From Octopus vulgaris (taxonomy: Eukaryota), in assembly GCA_951406725.2 (NCBI GenBank), contig OX597832.1, positions 64,170,001-64,234,000 of the forward strand: a stretch of DNA of 64,000 nt, written 5' to 3'. Position numbers and translations under genes: made by a program. Each line of letters begins with the position of its first letter. The stretch's first letter is position 1. The notes beneath the pieces were generated by a model. The model was not told the origin of the DNA. It was given only the letters and a program-made list of their open reading frames with translations, and ran no database searches. Shown here in pieces: positions 1 through 15,409 of this stretch.

Positions 1-175
1 CGAAATGCCTCGCGGTATTTCTTCTGTCTCTTAGTTTTGTGTATAAAATCCCGCCGGGATCAACTTCGTCTTTCACTCCTCCGGAGCTCAATGATACAAA
101 ATACCATTCAAGTATAAGGTTCTCTACTACAGACTAATCCTCCCCCCTCAAAGGTTGCTCGCCTTGAAGCTAAAT
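1..175 (+). mobile_element. SINE family A, degenerate copy cut by the window start
   Basis: Aligns by eye to the family A body (cgaaatgc..cggtatttc..ctttca..cct..cgg..ccttg) seen at 959-1174 and 43069-43282. Confidence 0.5.
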
Positions 176-187
176 CACAGACTACTG

Positions 188-748
<561 letters not shown>

Positions 749-768
749 ATAATAATTATTATTAAAAA

Positions 769-1360
769 GGTGGTGAGCTGGCCGAATCGTTAGGACGCTA
801 GACGAAATACTTAGAGGTATTTCGCCCGTCGCTATGTTCTGAGTTCAAATTACTACGAGATCGGCTTAATTAACTAGTCCCTTCCCCTAAAATTCTTGTC
901 TTGTACCTATAGTAGAAAATATTATTATTATTATTATTAATATTATTATTATTATTAAAGCGGCCTGCTAGCAGAATCGTTAGCACGTCGTAACAAAATG
1001 CCTATCAGCATTCCGTACATCTTTAGGTTCTAAGTTCAAATTACTCCGAGGTCGACTTTATCTTTCATCCCTTCGGGGCCAATAATATAAGTACCAGTTG
1101 AACACTGGGGTCGATGTAATCGACTCATCCCCTCCTCCAAAATTTCTACCCTGGTGGCAAAATTTCAAGCCATTGTTATTATTATTATTATTATCATTAT
1201 TATCAAGACGGCGAGCTGACCGCCGTAGTCTTCATTCTTCAGTACACTTAGTCTTCATTCTTTAGGATTGATAAAATAAATACCAGTTATGTAGTAGGGT
1301 CGATCTTATAGATTAGCTCCGTTCCCCAAAATTCAGCTCTTTTGCTTGTAGTAGAAAGAG
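769..1360 (+). mobile_element. Three head-to-tail SINE family A copies (about 769-918, 959-1174, 1205-1360) separated by (ATT)n
   Basis: tRNA-like head GGCGGCGAGCTGGCAGAATCGTTAGC..GAGTTCAAAT, central GTCGAC..CTTTCATCC.TTCGGGG..ATAAGTACCAG, and ATT tails. Confidence 0.85.
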
Positions 1361-1850
1361 TGGCAAATGAAAGAAATTATTATTATTAGTAGTAGTAGGA
1401 GGAGGAGGAGAGCAGTTAGTAGGAGTAGTAAAAGTGTATACACGAATATCCAGAAGTAACTGTTCATGAACACACACACACACACACATACAGAAGCTTA
1501 CGTTTGCACGTGACTAATAGACATATAGATACACAAACACACATATGCACATACATAAACTCGTGGACATACACAAACACTGATGCGTACATGTATACCA
1601 TACACACACTCACACAGATACATGCAGACACAGAATTGCATATATATATATATATACTCATAAAGCACGATATAACTGCAAAAGGTTAAATAAGGATAGA
1701 AAAACGGAACACAAGATGGCGCTATTCATTTGGGATTCCTCCATCTTTAAGCTATCATACATTAATAATTTTCTAGTCTTAATTGGAATTCCAATTTCAG
1801 CAAGATCGAAGATCGATACTGTGGGCTATCAAACGCATAGCTTCACATAC

Positions 1851-1885
<35 letters not shown>

Positions 1886-1913
1886 ATGTATCTGTATATA
1901 TATATGTATATAC

Positions 1914-1964
<51 letters not shown>

Positions 1965-2376
1965 GTATGTATATGTGTGTAATGTATGTATATATCTATG
2001 TGTGCATATATATATACTTATATATATATCATACATGGTCCCTCCCTTCTGCCTTTACATTCATAATTATATACACACCTAAATATATATACGCATATAT
2101 ACATATATATACATAATTCATATACGCATGCATACACTCGTACATATACATGTACAAATATATACGCATATGTGCATACATGAAAACGCATACATACATA
2201 CATAATTCGTGTGTGTGTGTGTGTGTATTTAGCGTGAAGCAAAAGGCACCCAATGAAGAAATCTAATTGTATACAGTTTAAAAAGCAAATAAGGTTATCA
2301 TTGGCTCTTTGTTTATATTTATATACATATACTTATCAGCTGATGTTGGTACACACATATGTATGTATGTCCACAC

Positions 2377-2380
<4 letters not shown>

Positions 2381-2407
<27 letters not shown>

Positions 2408-2502
2408 TGTATGTATGTATGTATGTATGTATGTATGTATGTATGTATGTATGTATGTATGTATGTATATGTGGGAGTATTAACGTATATATGTTTGTAT
2501 GC

Positions 2503-2584
<82 letters not shown>
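2381..2584. repeat. (GTAT)n and (CTAT)n tetranucleotide microsatellites
   Basis: Directly visible. Confidence 0.95.
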
Positions 2585-2625
2585 TCCTTCAAAGGTAACC
2601 CCACTACCATACGTATATATATTTA

Positions 2626-2750
2626 TAGAAACCGGAGAACGAATTATTCAAGACATGTACTAGAATTTATTGATTTATACTAACTGTATCCCCCACTACA
2701 TCACTACCTCGAGAGTCCCGTCAGCATTCTTTCAATTAACGTATAAATGA
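2626..2750. repeat. Dispersed repeat of about 125 bp, copy 1 (copy 2 at 3888-4009)
   Basis: Shared tcaagacatgtact..tttattgattta..cccgtcagc.ttctttcaattaacg.ataaatga. Confidence 0.8.
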
Positions 2751-3195
2751 CTGGTATATATATATGCATATATGTGTGTGTCTACGTTTGTTATTGGATG
2801 CGTGCATGTACACACACACACGCATCGTTTATTTGAACGGCATTACCATTATTATTACTATTCTTCTTATAATATTTTTGGCAAACCGATTTTCGCGAAC
2901 CTGCACTTGCTTGAAGGTAGAATTAAAGACAAAATGATTCAGCATTAATAAAAAAGATATATTGAACAGCAGATCTGCAGTATCTTGTCTTGTATATCCA
3001 AAAATAATCAGTTAAATTCCTCTTTCCTTTTTGCGCCACAATGTCCACGTATAAATTTTGGAGAGGTCTACAATGACGAGCGCTGTGTGGGAGAATTGGA
3101 ACGTACATTCTCTTCAATTCTCATCGTACATAAACATTTTACGTTTGTGTGTATATATTTATATGTATGTGTGCATGTGTTTAATAACATTTATA

Positions 3196-3410
3196 GGCAG
3201 TGAGGTGGCAGAATTGTTAGCGCGCCGAGCAAATACTTAGCGGTATTTCATCCGTCTTTGCGCTCTGAACGCAAATGCTACTGGGGTTGAGTTTACCTTT
3301 CATCTCTTTCTGGGTCGATAAAATAAGTACCGGTCGAGCAGTGGGATCAATAGGATCGACTTACCCCACCCCCAATATTGCTGCCCATGTGCCAAAATTT
3401 GAAGCAAATA
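3196..3410 (+). mobile_element. SINE family A, full length
   Basis: ggcagtgaggtggcagaattgttagc head, gggtcgataaaataagtacc core, gtgccaaaatttgaa end. Confidence 0.85.
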
Positions 3411-3838
3411 TTTATATAAAAGACCATGCCGGAGAACAGTGTCTTCAAGTGAGTCAGTGTAAGAAGTTAACATGAGCCTATGATATGCAACAGCATTGCA
3501 AATGCCTTAGAGAGCCTTTATTAAGGTAGAAGAGGTACATTAAGGGAAGATGAAAGGGAAGATAAATCGTCTTAGCAGGTTGCTAAGCCGATTTAGCCTC
3601 TTTCATAAATATTTACTTGCTCAATGTCAGTGAATTTTAAGAGAAAAACGCATGAAAGGGGAATTATGAAATTTATGCGTTTTTCAACGGTTTCCATTGA
3701 ACAAGAGATAGATGTGTCAGAGTAGGCTTCGAAAAACGTAGGTAATTGAATTTAGAGGGATTTTATTTTAGCTATATGACGTCACATTCAGTTCTATTAT
3801 AACACTTACATATACGCCCGCATGCGACGAAAATCAGC

Positions 3839-3879
<41 letters not shown>

Positions 3880-3887
3880 ATGTATAC

Positions 3888-4009
3888 GAACTGGAGAAGG
3901 CTGTAATCAAGACATGTACTGGTATTTATTGATTTACACAAAACTGAAACATCACTTGATCGCTACTTCTAGAGACCCGTCAGCGTTCTTTCAATTAACG
4001 CATAAATGA
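3888..4009. repeat. Dispersed repeat of about 125 bp, copy 2
   Basis: Same blocks as 2626-2750. Confidence 0.8.
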
Positions 4010-4035
4010 ATCTCTCTCTCTTTATATATCTATCC

Positions 4036-4101
<66 letters not shown>

Positions 4102-4110
4102 ATATGTATA

Positions 4111-4164
<54 letters not shown>

Positions 4165-4408
4165 TATGTATATATGTATATATATAAATATATGCATATA
4201 TATACATATTTATATATATACATATATATATACATATATATATACATATATATATGTATATATATACATATATATATGTATATATATACATATATATGTA
4301 TATATATATATACATATTTATATATATATGTATATATATATATATACATATATATATGTATATATATACATATATATGTATATATATATATGTATATATA
4401 TACATATA

Positions 4409-4491
<83 letters not shown>

Positions 4492-4518
4492 CTGTGTGTG
4501 TGTATGTATGTGTATATG
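4010..4518. repeat. Compound (TCTA)n/(TA)n/(TG)n microsatellite block, representative of dozens in the window
   Basis: Directly visible. Confidence 0.97.
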
Positions 4519-4521
4519 AAT

Positions 4522-4830
4522 GATCCAAGTAAGAATACAAAACAAAAAACCTAAAAAGAAAGAAAAAGACTTCAACACATCTTTAATGAGAAGTTACATT
4601 TGTTTCTGCACCAACTCGGCTTTCAACGCCAGTTCACGCAAACGTTCCAAGTGAAAATTTTAAACATTAGATCGCCTCTTCCTCAGACCGGCAAATATTA
4701 CGGTAATTTTCACTTGTAACGTTTGCGTTAACTGGCTTTGAAAGCAGAGTTGGCACAGAAACACTTGTAACTTGTATTTAATTACGTGTTAAAACATTTC
4801 TTTGTCTACTTATTTGGATTGTAATTTTAC
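4522..4830. mobile_element. Fold-back element with inverted arms of about 90 bp (about 4572-4660 and 4705-4792)
   Basis: Left aagttacatttgtttctgcaccaactcggctttcaacgccagttcacgcaaacgttccaagtgaaaatt is the near reverse complement of right ttttcacttgtaacgtttgcgttaactggctttgaaagcagagttggcacagaaacacttgtaactt. Confidence 0.75.
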
Positions 4831-5968
4831 TCTTTGCATCTTTGTTACGGAAAAAGAAATCTTAAAACACACACAAACGCACACTCATATAAGTTGACCT
4901 TAGAGCCTTATGTTACTTTAAGTTTCGCAGATGTGAACAAAAGACAGCCAGCTTCTTGGATATTCTGAGGCAAAGAAATTGTTTCTGAATATCCGAGGAG
5001 TAAGTTGTGTTTCTTCAGGTCCTCGGAAATTTAAAGTAAAATGGGGATCTGAGTCCATCTGTTACTCAACCCAACTCAAATTATATATGTTGTATGTTGA
5101 GGGTTGAGCGAGTCAAAGCCTTTTGGGTGTTTCTTATTGTTTTTGGTGCGTTCCTTTGTTGCATTTCCGTAAAATCTTTTCCTCCTGTACAAAGAAACAC
5201 ACAGACACATACACAAAAGCCTGAATGACTGCCTGATAATACACGGAATACTATTCAAGGTCGTCCGTCCATTGTATTATCAGAGGTATGAAACCTATTG
5301 TAGCTTGCATTTCAACCAACCTATGTATGACAAATGATATTTATCTTTGAGTGGATGGAGAACTTTGCTTTGTTGCTCCTACAAATAACTGACCAGTAAC
5401 AATACACTCTCTCTCTTTCTGTTTTTAACTCTCTGAAATATGCGTATGTATGTATGTATATTTGTGTGTGTGTGTGTGTGTGTACGAGAGAGAGAAAGAA
5501 TTGTTTTGTTCCTCAGACATCTTAGGAGTGCCATGAAGATATAAAGGAAACATCTAACAATAAAAATCGAAACCACCAGAGCGTGTGTTCGAGGCAAAGG
5601 AACAGATACATGGAGGCACGCCCCCCTCTCAGCCCTCTCCCAGGAAACAAGACAATATGAACATAGCAAAATAAAAAGAAGAGAAAGAAATGAAAGATGA
5701 ATAAGAAGAAAAGAGAGAGCAAGAAGAAGTCGAAGGAGAAAGAAGGAAGGGGAGGAGGAGAAGAAGAATAACAATAACAGCAACAGCAACAACATAACTC
5801 GGGATTATCTTCGGATATATCTATATATCTATATGTATATATATATATATGTGTGTGTTTGTATATATATATGTGTGTGTATGTATATATATATGCATAT
5901 ATATGTATATGTGTGTGTGTGCATGTATGTGTGTGTGTGCATGTATGTGTATACATATATATACATAC

Positions 5969-6111
<143 letters not shown>

Positions 6112-6194
6112 TAATCCAAACAAGAAAACACAGAAAAAAAGAGAAAAAAACACAGCAACGCAGGACGTGGAACAATTAAAGTATTATTGACGCT

Positions 6195-6645
<451 letters not shown>

Positions 6646-6748
6646 ATGTGCAGATAATATATACATATATATGTGTGTGCGCACTCACACATATATATAC
6701 TAACAATCATACAAGTAGAGCGAGATAGATAGATAGACAGAGAGAGAA

Positions 6749-6813
<65 letters not shown>

Positions 6814-7194
6814 TTTGGGGATTCTCAACAAAATCCGTTGTTTAGCCGTGCTGTATTTTTCTCGACTCTTTTGTAGTTCGTGATTTAAGTACAACTTCTA
6901 ACCTTTGTACTTTTCATGATAGACAACAACAACTGGAGCTACAACAACTAATGCAATTATAAAAAGGAAAAAAAACAAAACTAACTAAAGCAACAACAAC
7001 AACTACTACAGCAACAATAATATTAAGAACAACAAAGAAATATAAAAAAACAGCCATTACAAGACAAGCAAAAAACTATCGAAATAAATCAATAACTAAT
7101 ACCGACTATTCCCCTTACACACATGCGTATATATATGTATATATATACACACTCCTATATATGTATACATATACTCATATACATGTATACATGC

Positions 7195-7275
<81 letters not shown>

Positions 7276-7417
7276 CTTGCATGCATGCGCATGCATTTGT
7301 GCAGACACTCCTATTTACATATACACATACAGATGTATATATATGCAGAAACGTACACATACATACATAAACATACATACGTACATACATATATGCACAT
7401 ACATGCATACATTCATA

Positions 7418-7471
<54 letters not shown>

Positions 7472-7754
7472 TATACATACATATGTACGTACATACATAC
7501 ACACTTACACATACATACATACATACATATAGACAGACACTCCTATAAATATATACATGTGCATTTGTAAGTTGATGCATTTGATATATACACACATACA
7601 AGCGTGCACAGAGACATGCATATATTTATGCACAAATACATGATGGCGTGCTCTTGGATGGTTACGTAGAGGTACACACTTATTTACACATGCACCGGGT
7701 TTCATAACGCGCTTACAGATATATACGTAGAAATAAAAATCATGTGTGTGTATG

Positions 7755-7801
<47 letters not shown>

Positions 7802-7894
7802 ATTTACATATGTAAAAATATACGTACGCACATACATACATATACAGTCACGTGCATCCATATGTATAAACACACACGTACGCACACACACACA

Positions 7895-7937
<43 letters not shown>

Positions 7938-8516
7938 GGATGAATACGCCCATATACATTCACATTTGTATATGCACTCTTGCAAGTGAACGTATCTGCA
8001 TGCAAATATATACAAAATAGATTTGCATAAATATACCGGCGCGCTGCATATGCCGGCGTACATAAGCATACACATGACTGTATATATATATATATATAGA
8101 TATATATATATATATGTATATATATATAGCTAAGATTCAGTTGAATGAGGTACTTAATTTGAGGCACCAAGTCAGTCCGTTATTCTCCGCATTGCTCGAA
8201 GTAAGATAACAGAAAATAACGCAAACGCACATAACTATTGGCTCGTATACACACATACACAGAAAAACACACTAAAGTTTATGGATTTCCGTCTGTTTCG
8301 ACGATGAGTTCGCAATTGTTTCGTCACCTGATTTACGTACTTTCTTTATAAGTGTATGGCTTGACACAGTGTCTGTTGACCCAGTTTCTTTCCTAATACT
8401 TGGAGCAAGCTGAGGCTGTGCAAAATAACAATTGCTCAAGAAGCCACAGTGTGGAATCGAACCCAGGAGATAGAGATTATGAAATAAATTCTTTAACCAA
8501 CCTGCCATAAAGCTTT

Positions 8517-8576
<60 letters not shown>

Positions 8577-9414
8577 CGCATATCTGTACATATACACACA
8601 CAAGTACCAACTACTCAAGCACACGTATATATGCATATATTTCAAACACATACACGTATGCATGCGCACATATATACGCATTACTGAATGCAAAACAAAA
8701 TATATAAACAAAATATATAAGAAACAAAAAAAAAATAGTAAAAAATGAAAGAAACGTGCGTTCACACTCTCATTCGATCGTTAAGAACAAACATTGATGA
8801 AAGCGGACAGTACGAAGATCGAACTGTCGGCTGCGATCATTACTGAAGATCATTGATCTCTATTGCAGATATGTCCAACTGATCAGTCTCTATAGATCGA
8901 AGGTCTTTTCTAGTTTATGATCCATAAATGACATTTCCTCTGTTCAATGACAGAAATATATCGATTTTGGTGTATGAAAGGGTTTTGTTGTTGTTGATGA
9001 TGATGACGATGGAATTGGTGTTAATACTTTTGCGGATGTTTTCAAGTGTATGTATGGATATATGTATGCATATGTGTATAAACATGTGTGTATGTGTGTA
9101 AATACATTATATATATAAATGCACACATACATGTATATATATATATATATATAATATACGCAAATATATATATATATACATATATATATGCACACACATA
9201 TATTTATACACACATGAATTTATATCGATAAGTATATACATACACATACATATATACGCATATATTCATATATACTCACACACACACACACAGATATATA
9301 TAATATGTGTGCATGTGTTACCATGGCTAACCAAGTTTCAAGCTGCAATAACTGAATTTTCTTCCAGTAATAATTTTTTTATAATCAAAATTATTATTAT
9401 TTTTATTGTTGTTT

Positions 9415-9620
9415 TAGGCCCGGGTCAGGATTATTCTTGTAGATCTATAACCAAAACGATCCAGCTATGAACATCTCATCTGATTTTCAGACATTGTATC
9501 CGGTGCTATCTAACATATATCTATCATTCATGTCCTTCCTTTTATGATATAACAAAAAATGGTTTGAGTGTTATTCAGCTGCTCCTTCTCGCAGGTCGAG
9601 CGACCACATAGGTCTGCCTT
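9415..9620. mobile_element. Old dispersed repeat family (also about 20090-20250, 23395-23465, 34775-35100, and inverted at 48090-48155); probably a retroposon end
   Basis: Recurrent tttagccccaggtcag..gacct..atcaaa..cattcc..tgaccatc motif. Confidence 0.5.
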
Positions 9621-10403
9621 TTGGTTCGTGGATAGAATTTTCCGTTTATTTATTTTTCTATATTGTTGTGACTGTGGTTTGTTTTATTGTTGTTTGTGTG
9701 GTAGTTGGAGCTGTGTTCTATGTATCGTAGATGAAACGGCTGATGTTACAGCTGTGGTATGTGTAATGTTTTTGGTGGTTAGATGTTGTTGTATGTGCTG
9801 TTTTGTTGTTCTTGTTGTTGCCTCATTCCCCGCCCCACGCCTCCCCTCCATTCTTCGTCATTGTAATATAAAGAATTATATAAAATATATACAAATAATA
9901 CACCAAAACAACAAAGAGGCGTTAGATGTCTTTCTCGATTTTTCTCTTCTGTATTAGCAGTGAAACATCGATAAAGGATCACGCTATTGAGTATACGACA
10001 CATCCACACACACGCGCATATAAACTTAAATGCATACACATATATACACATACATGTATGCAAATACATACACATGTATACATATCTACTCATACATTTA
10101 TATATATATACACATACACACATATACGTACACATATACACCTATACAACACACATGTACATATGCACATACGTATGTTTCAACGGTCATACTGTGTCTA
10201 TATTATTCGTGGAGATTACCGTTAATATTACATCCTCTCATCTGCCACCTTTGTGGCAATAACAATTATTATTATTATTGTTGCTGTTGTTGTTGTGAAT
10301 GGTGAGTCACACACAGCGTTACAGCAAACAACAATGGCAATATCATGAACTACCAGAAATAAAAACACATCTACAATGGTTGATTTTACATGAAATGACA
10401 ATC

Positions 10404-10447
<44 letters not shown>

Positions 10448-11005
10448 GAGAGAGATGGAGAGAGAGAGAGAGAGCACTTGGATGCACACGTGGTAAAAGC
10501 ATTGGGAGTTAAACGCAAAAATTCCGAAATGACGTTAGAATTTCCAAAAGAGAGGAAATAGAATTTAGAGGAGCTTTTCAAAAACACTCCACGCTAGAAA
10601 GCCCCTCTCTTCGAGATTCTGCTGAATAGCCAGTCTTATCGTTCCTCTACTCAACATAGTCTTGCTAAAAATGGATTATATAAATGAACGTGACCTGGAT
10701 TCGGCCTGGAGCTCATTAAAAATATTAAGTAATAATTATAGATAAGGTGGCTATCAATAGGAGAAGTATATCTTGAAGGTGAATATACGCGCTTCCCAAC
10801 ACCTGCGCATCACTACTTACCCTTGGCCGAATGACAGTAATGAGTGGCAGATGCGCCCACACGCAGTGTATTTTAATTATCCCAGAAGATTGGGCGATGG
10901 AGTTGGCATAAGATAAATTTGAACTTTATTTAAAGAATTGTAACTAAAAATTGTATGACTGAGAGAAATATCTATAACAATGAATGTGTGTGTGAGCATG
11001 TATAC

Positions 11006-11041
<36 letters not shown>

Positions 11042-11057
11042 TTATACATACATATAC

Positions 11058-11089
<32 letters not shown>

Positions 11090-11331
11090 ACATATGTATG
11101 TATATATACATATATGTATATATGTACATATATACATATATATATACATACATGTATATATATACATATATACACACACACATATATATATATACATATA
11201 TGTATATACATATATATATATACATATATATATCCATATATATATACTTATATACATATATATACATATATATGTATACATACATATATATATATATACA
11301 TACATATATATATATACATATATATATATAC

Positions 11332-11384
<53 letters not shown>

Positions 11385-11388
11385 CATA

Positions 11389-11600
11389 CATGGTGTGGAT
11401 GTGGGTTTCTTTAAAACTAAACACGGTCTCTTCTTAAATGAACCTACCTCTCGGCAGGAAACACAGATACGGGCAGCAGTATGAAACTCCCTTGTTGACC
11501 AAGTGTCACGTATCAGCGGCAGTTTCACAAACTAGTGTAGCACAATCAACGGTGGTGCCCCAGCATAACCGCAGCTTTCGGGTTGAAACATTTTAAAGGA
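11389..11600 (+). mobile_element. CR1/L2-type LINE family 1, short 3' fragment
   Basis: [20 protein letters not shown] and the 3'UTR are nearly identical to the reverse complement of 18078-18302. Confidence 0.9.
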
Positions 11601-11923
11601 TATATATGTATACATACATATATATATATATATGTACATACATACATACATACACACATACACACACACACATATATATATACATACATACATACATACA
11701 TATATATACATATATACATATATGCATACACATATATATATTTATATAGATAGCTACATGTATATATACATATATGTATATAGATACATACATACATATA
11801 TATACATACATATACATTTACATACATATATATATATACATATATATATGTACACATATATATGGACACACATATATATATATATATATATATACATGCA
11901 CACACACACACACACACACGCAG

Positions 11924-12009
<86 letters not shown>

Positions 12010-12207
12010 CAATGAAAGTTTGAAATTTCAAGAGGAGCCATTTCAAACATCTTGTCGTTATTGCTTTGAAAATAGAATGTGAAGATGTCATTTGTCTCCT
12101 ATGTTTCACCTTAGGGAAAATCTCCGTCATACTATTCATATCCGTTTCGATTCTGTCGCTTCTCTTTCTATCTTTGAGACTTTAAAACAACGTCAAATAA
12201 ACGAAGC

Positions 12208-12300
<93 letters not shown>

Positions 12301-12411
12301 TCAATTCATATATATATATATACACATATATACTTACATATATATAAATATACATGTATACAAATATACATATGCTCATATGTACTTAAATATATACGTA
12401 CATATACATAT

Positions 12412-12479
<68 letters not shown>

Positions 12480-13180
12480 GCATACACACACACACATATT
12501 TATATATATCAAAGGATTTAGAAAACAACTATTGAATATACAAATCGATAAGTGTTGAAACGTAGAGAATATGTTTAATTTTTCCTTTAATATATGTCAT
12601 ACTCTTAGAGTAGATTCTTCAAATATATCGCATGCATGAAACAGTTTTTTTTCCAGTTACTGAAGGAGAATCAAAAGCTTGATGTGACTGGCCAAGTTAA
12701 TTATGGGTTTCATACATGAAATAGGAGGTCAACTTCAGCAATTATCCGACAAGGCTGAAAGGAATAGTATGGCATGAGCTGTTTGCCACTGAAGGCCTGA
12801 AAGTGACTTAACCAGTTTGAGGGTCATAAGACCGTTGTAAAGTAACCCAGAACAACATTCATGGCCGAACTAAATGAAAAATAATTAGTCCATTGGAGTT
12901 ATGACCCTTGAAATGGTGGGACTAAAATGGGTACGTCTGTATACAAGATATTGGCTTGTATGGTGGGGTTCGAGTAAGAGTGAAACGGGGAGTACCGATT
13001 TAATTTTAAAGGGAAAGAGTTCACAGTGCATGTCTTTACTCTTAGTTTACCTGTCTGTGGATGGTAAGTAAGCCAGAAACGACGGAGTCATTGTCACCGC
13101 TACCCTTGTAAAACATGTTCACATACATATGTAAACAAGCTACACACGCACAAATACATACATATATACATTTATATGTA

Positions 13181-13254
13181 TACTTTGATACTTTGATAGG
13201 TTTCGGCCATTATTGGCCCAGGCCATGTCTAACTTAATAGCACCACCTGGTGAA
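13181..13254 (-). mobile_element. CR1/L2-type LINE family 2, 74-bp 3' terminus
   Basis: Exact reverse complement of 31777-31850, including the (TATCAAAG)2 tail. Confidence 0.92.
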
Positions 13255-13653
13255 TATATGTATATATGTATATATGTATGTATACGGAATACAGAAAGCA
13301 ACATAGTTACCAGAAAGTTCATATCAATAAGTAAACACATGTAATTTCACACGCGCACATCCACAATATGTTAGATGTTTTAATAACTTACGAGCGCGTG
13401 TGAAACTTTAAGTAAAATACCAATGAATCCCTTCCTTTAATTTTCATTACTATTTCAGTCTTAGTTATATTTAATGTATAACAATAAAGAGTTGCTTAAG
13501 TATGCAAATATTTCCCGTCCATGTCATTCATCCTTAGCGTCTGAAGATCGGAATGGAGAAACATGGAGCAACAAATAATATATTTCATCTTCGGATAATA
13601 TAAATGCAAGATTCCCTTTTCAGTATTGATTTCTCCCTTTTCTGCACAAAGAC

Positions 13654-13895
<242 letters not shown>

Positions 13896-14929
13896 ACATA
13901 TAAAATCTTGAGAGAGAGATATATAGATAGACAATTCACTTCTGGTCTACATACTTCGAACAATAAGCCTAGTGTGATGGTCATTTCAGCACCATCATTA
14001 TAATTATTCTTAATATACCAAAATACCATTAGAACTTACCATTATATTGCCTAGGGCTACAGTCCTCCACTCTCCACCCTCACCCAACTCACTACCTATT
14101 CTACCATTATATTATTGTGTCGATGACCTCAAAGCCAAGAATTCCATCTTAATTCCTTATCGACTTACGACCATTGTCTTTTAGTTCTTTCTGTCTTGGA
14201 GACGTCATTAAACGTCATTTATTAGCCACACACGCTTTCACAGGTTCACACAGGCGTGCGCACATTGCACAAACTACACACAAATACAAACGTAGATAAC
14301 AAATATACATACTCAAGTATACACCTAAACACACACACACACAGTATGCGTTTCTATGTAAATACATATATATGTGTATATATGTATTCTTTGTTTATAT
14401 ATGTATCTATCTAACTATATATATATATATATATATGTGTGTATATATGTATATATACATTCAAACACCAACACACATATATGTATATATATTTATATAT
14501 ATATATATAGATATATATATATGTGTCTGTGTGTGTTCATAAACAAACATATATATTTCAATACATACAAATTTGATTTTATAAAAGCATATACATGTGT
14601 TTATGTGTACTTATATATATATGTATATCGATACACGCATAAGCACATATTTGGAACACACGGACATAACTCATATCCACACACACGCAACACAAGTACG
14701 CACGCACACATATCTGTATATATATATATATATATGTATATATATACATATATATATGTATGTATGTGTGTGTATGTATGTATGGGATACCCATACACGC
14801 AGAGACTGAATATAATTCATTGCTTATACTCCATTGTCTAGAATTAATATTATCAAACTTTTCCATCTTATGGTTCTGATCTAGTCAATGTGTCTGTCTC
14901 TCGATTTCTCCCCACCTCTCTCTCTCTCT

Positions 14930-14985
<56 letters not shown>

Positions 14986-15114
14986 TAAAGTTATGGTGTC
15001 CTGTCACAACTGACTATCTGCCTACCCATAATCCAAAAGCTCATGCGCACGCATGCGTACGGTCATAAATATAAGATCGTGTGTGTTAGTGAGTGTGCGT
15101 GCGCGCACGCACCG

Positions 15115-15175
<61 letters not shown>

Positions 15176-15264
15176 GATTAGATGTACAGACAACAAAAGA
15201 TAGAAATAGGTGAGAGAACATGAAGCAGGTGTATTAGCTTTACGCTCAGGAAAGATGGAAAAAT

Positions 15265-15300
15265 ATTTGACGTTTCAAGCCTACGCTCTTCGACAGAAAG
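15265..15300 (-). ncRNA. Minimal type I hammerhead ribozyme-like motif (CUGUCGA core) within a Penelope-like repeat (about 15175-15365)
   Basis: Minus strand CTTT-CTGTCGA-A-GAGC(GTAG)GCTT-GAAA-CG-TC-AAAT. A sister copy lies at 27029-27064. Confidence 0.6.
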
Positions 15301-15365
15301 ACATCGGAGGGAAAAAACGGAGAGAAAAAAGTGGAGAAAATAAAAGGTGTCGGCATTAATGGTTC

Positions 15366-15409
<44 letters not shown>

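Noticed and set aside
769-1360. CRISPR-like or satellite array of repeats
   Set aside because: The units are diverged SINE copies of about 200 bp, not short repeats with unique spacers, and the context is eukaryotic.
4931-4999. Coding exon (cgcag|..|gtaagt)
   Set aside because: Stops occur in all three frames.
13537-13572. Hammerhead motif CTGAAGA-TCGGAATGGA-GAAACATG
   Set aside because: There is no UH triplet, stem II is about 2 bp and stem I is not convincing; this is compatible with chance.
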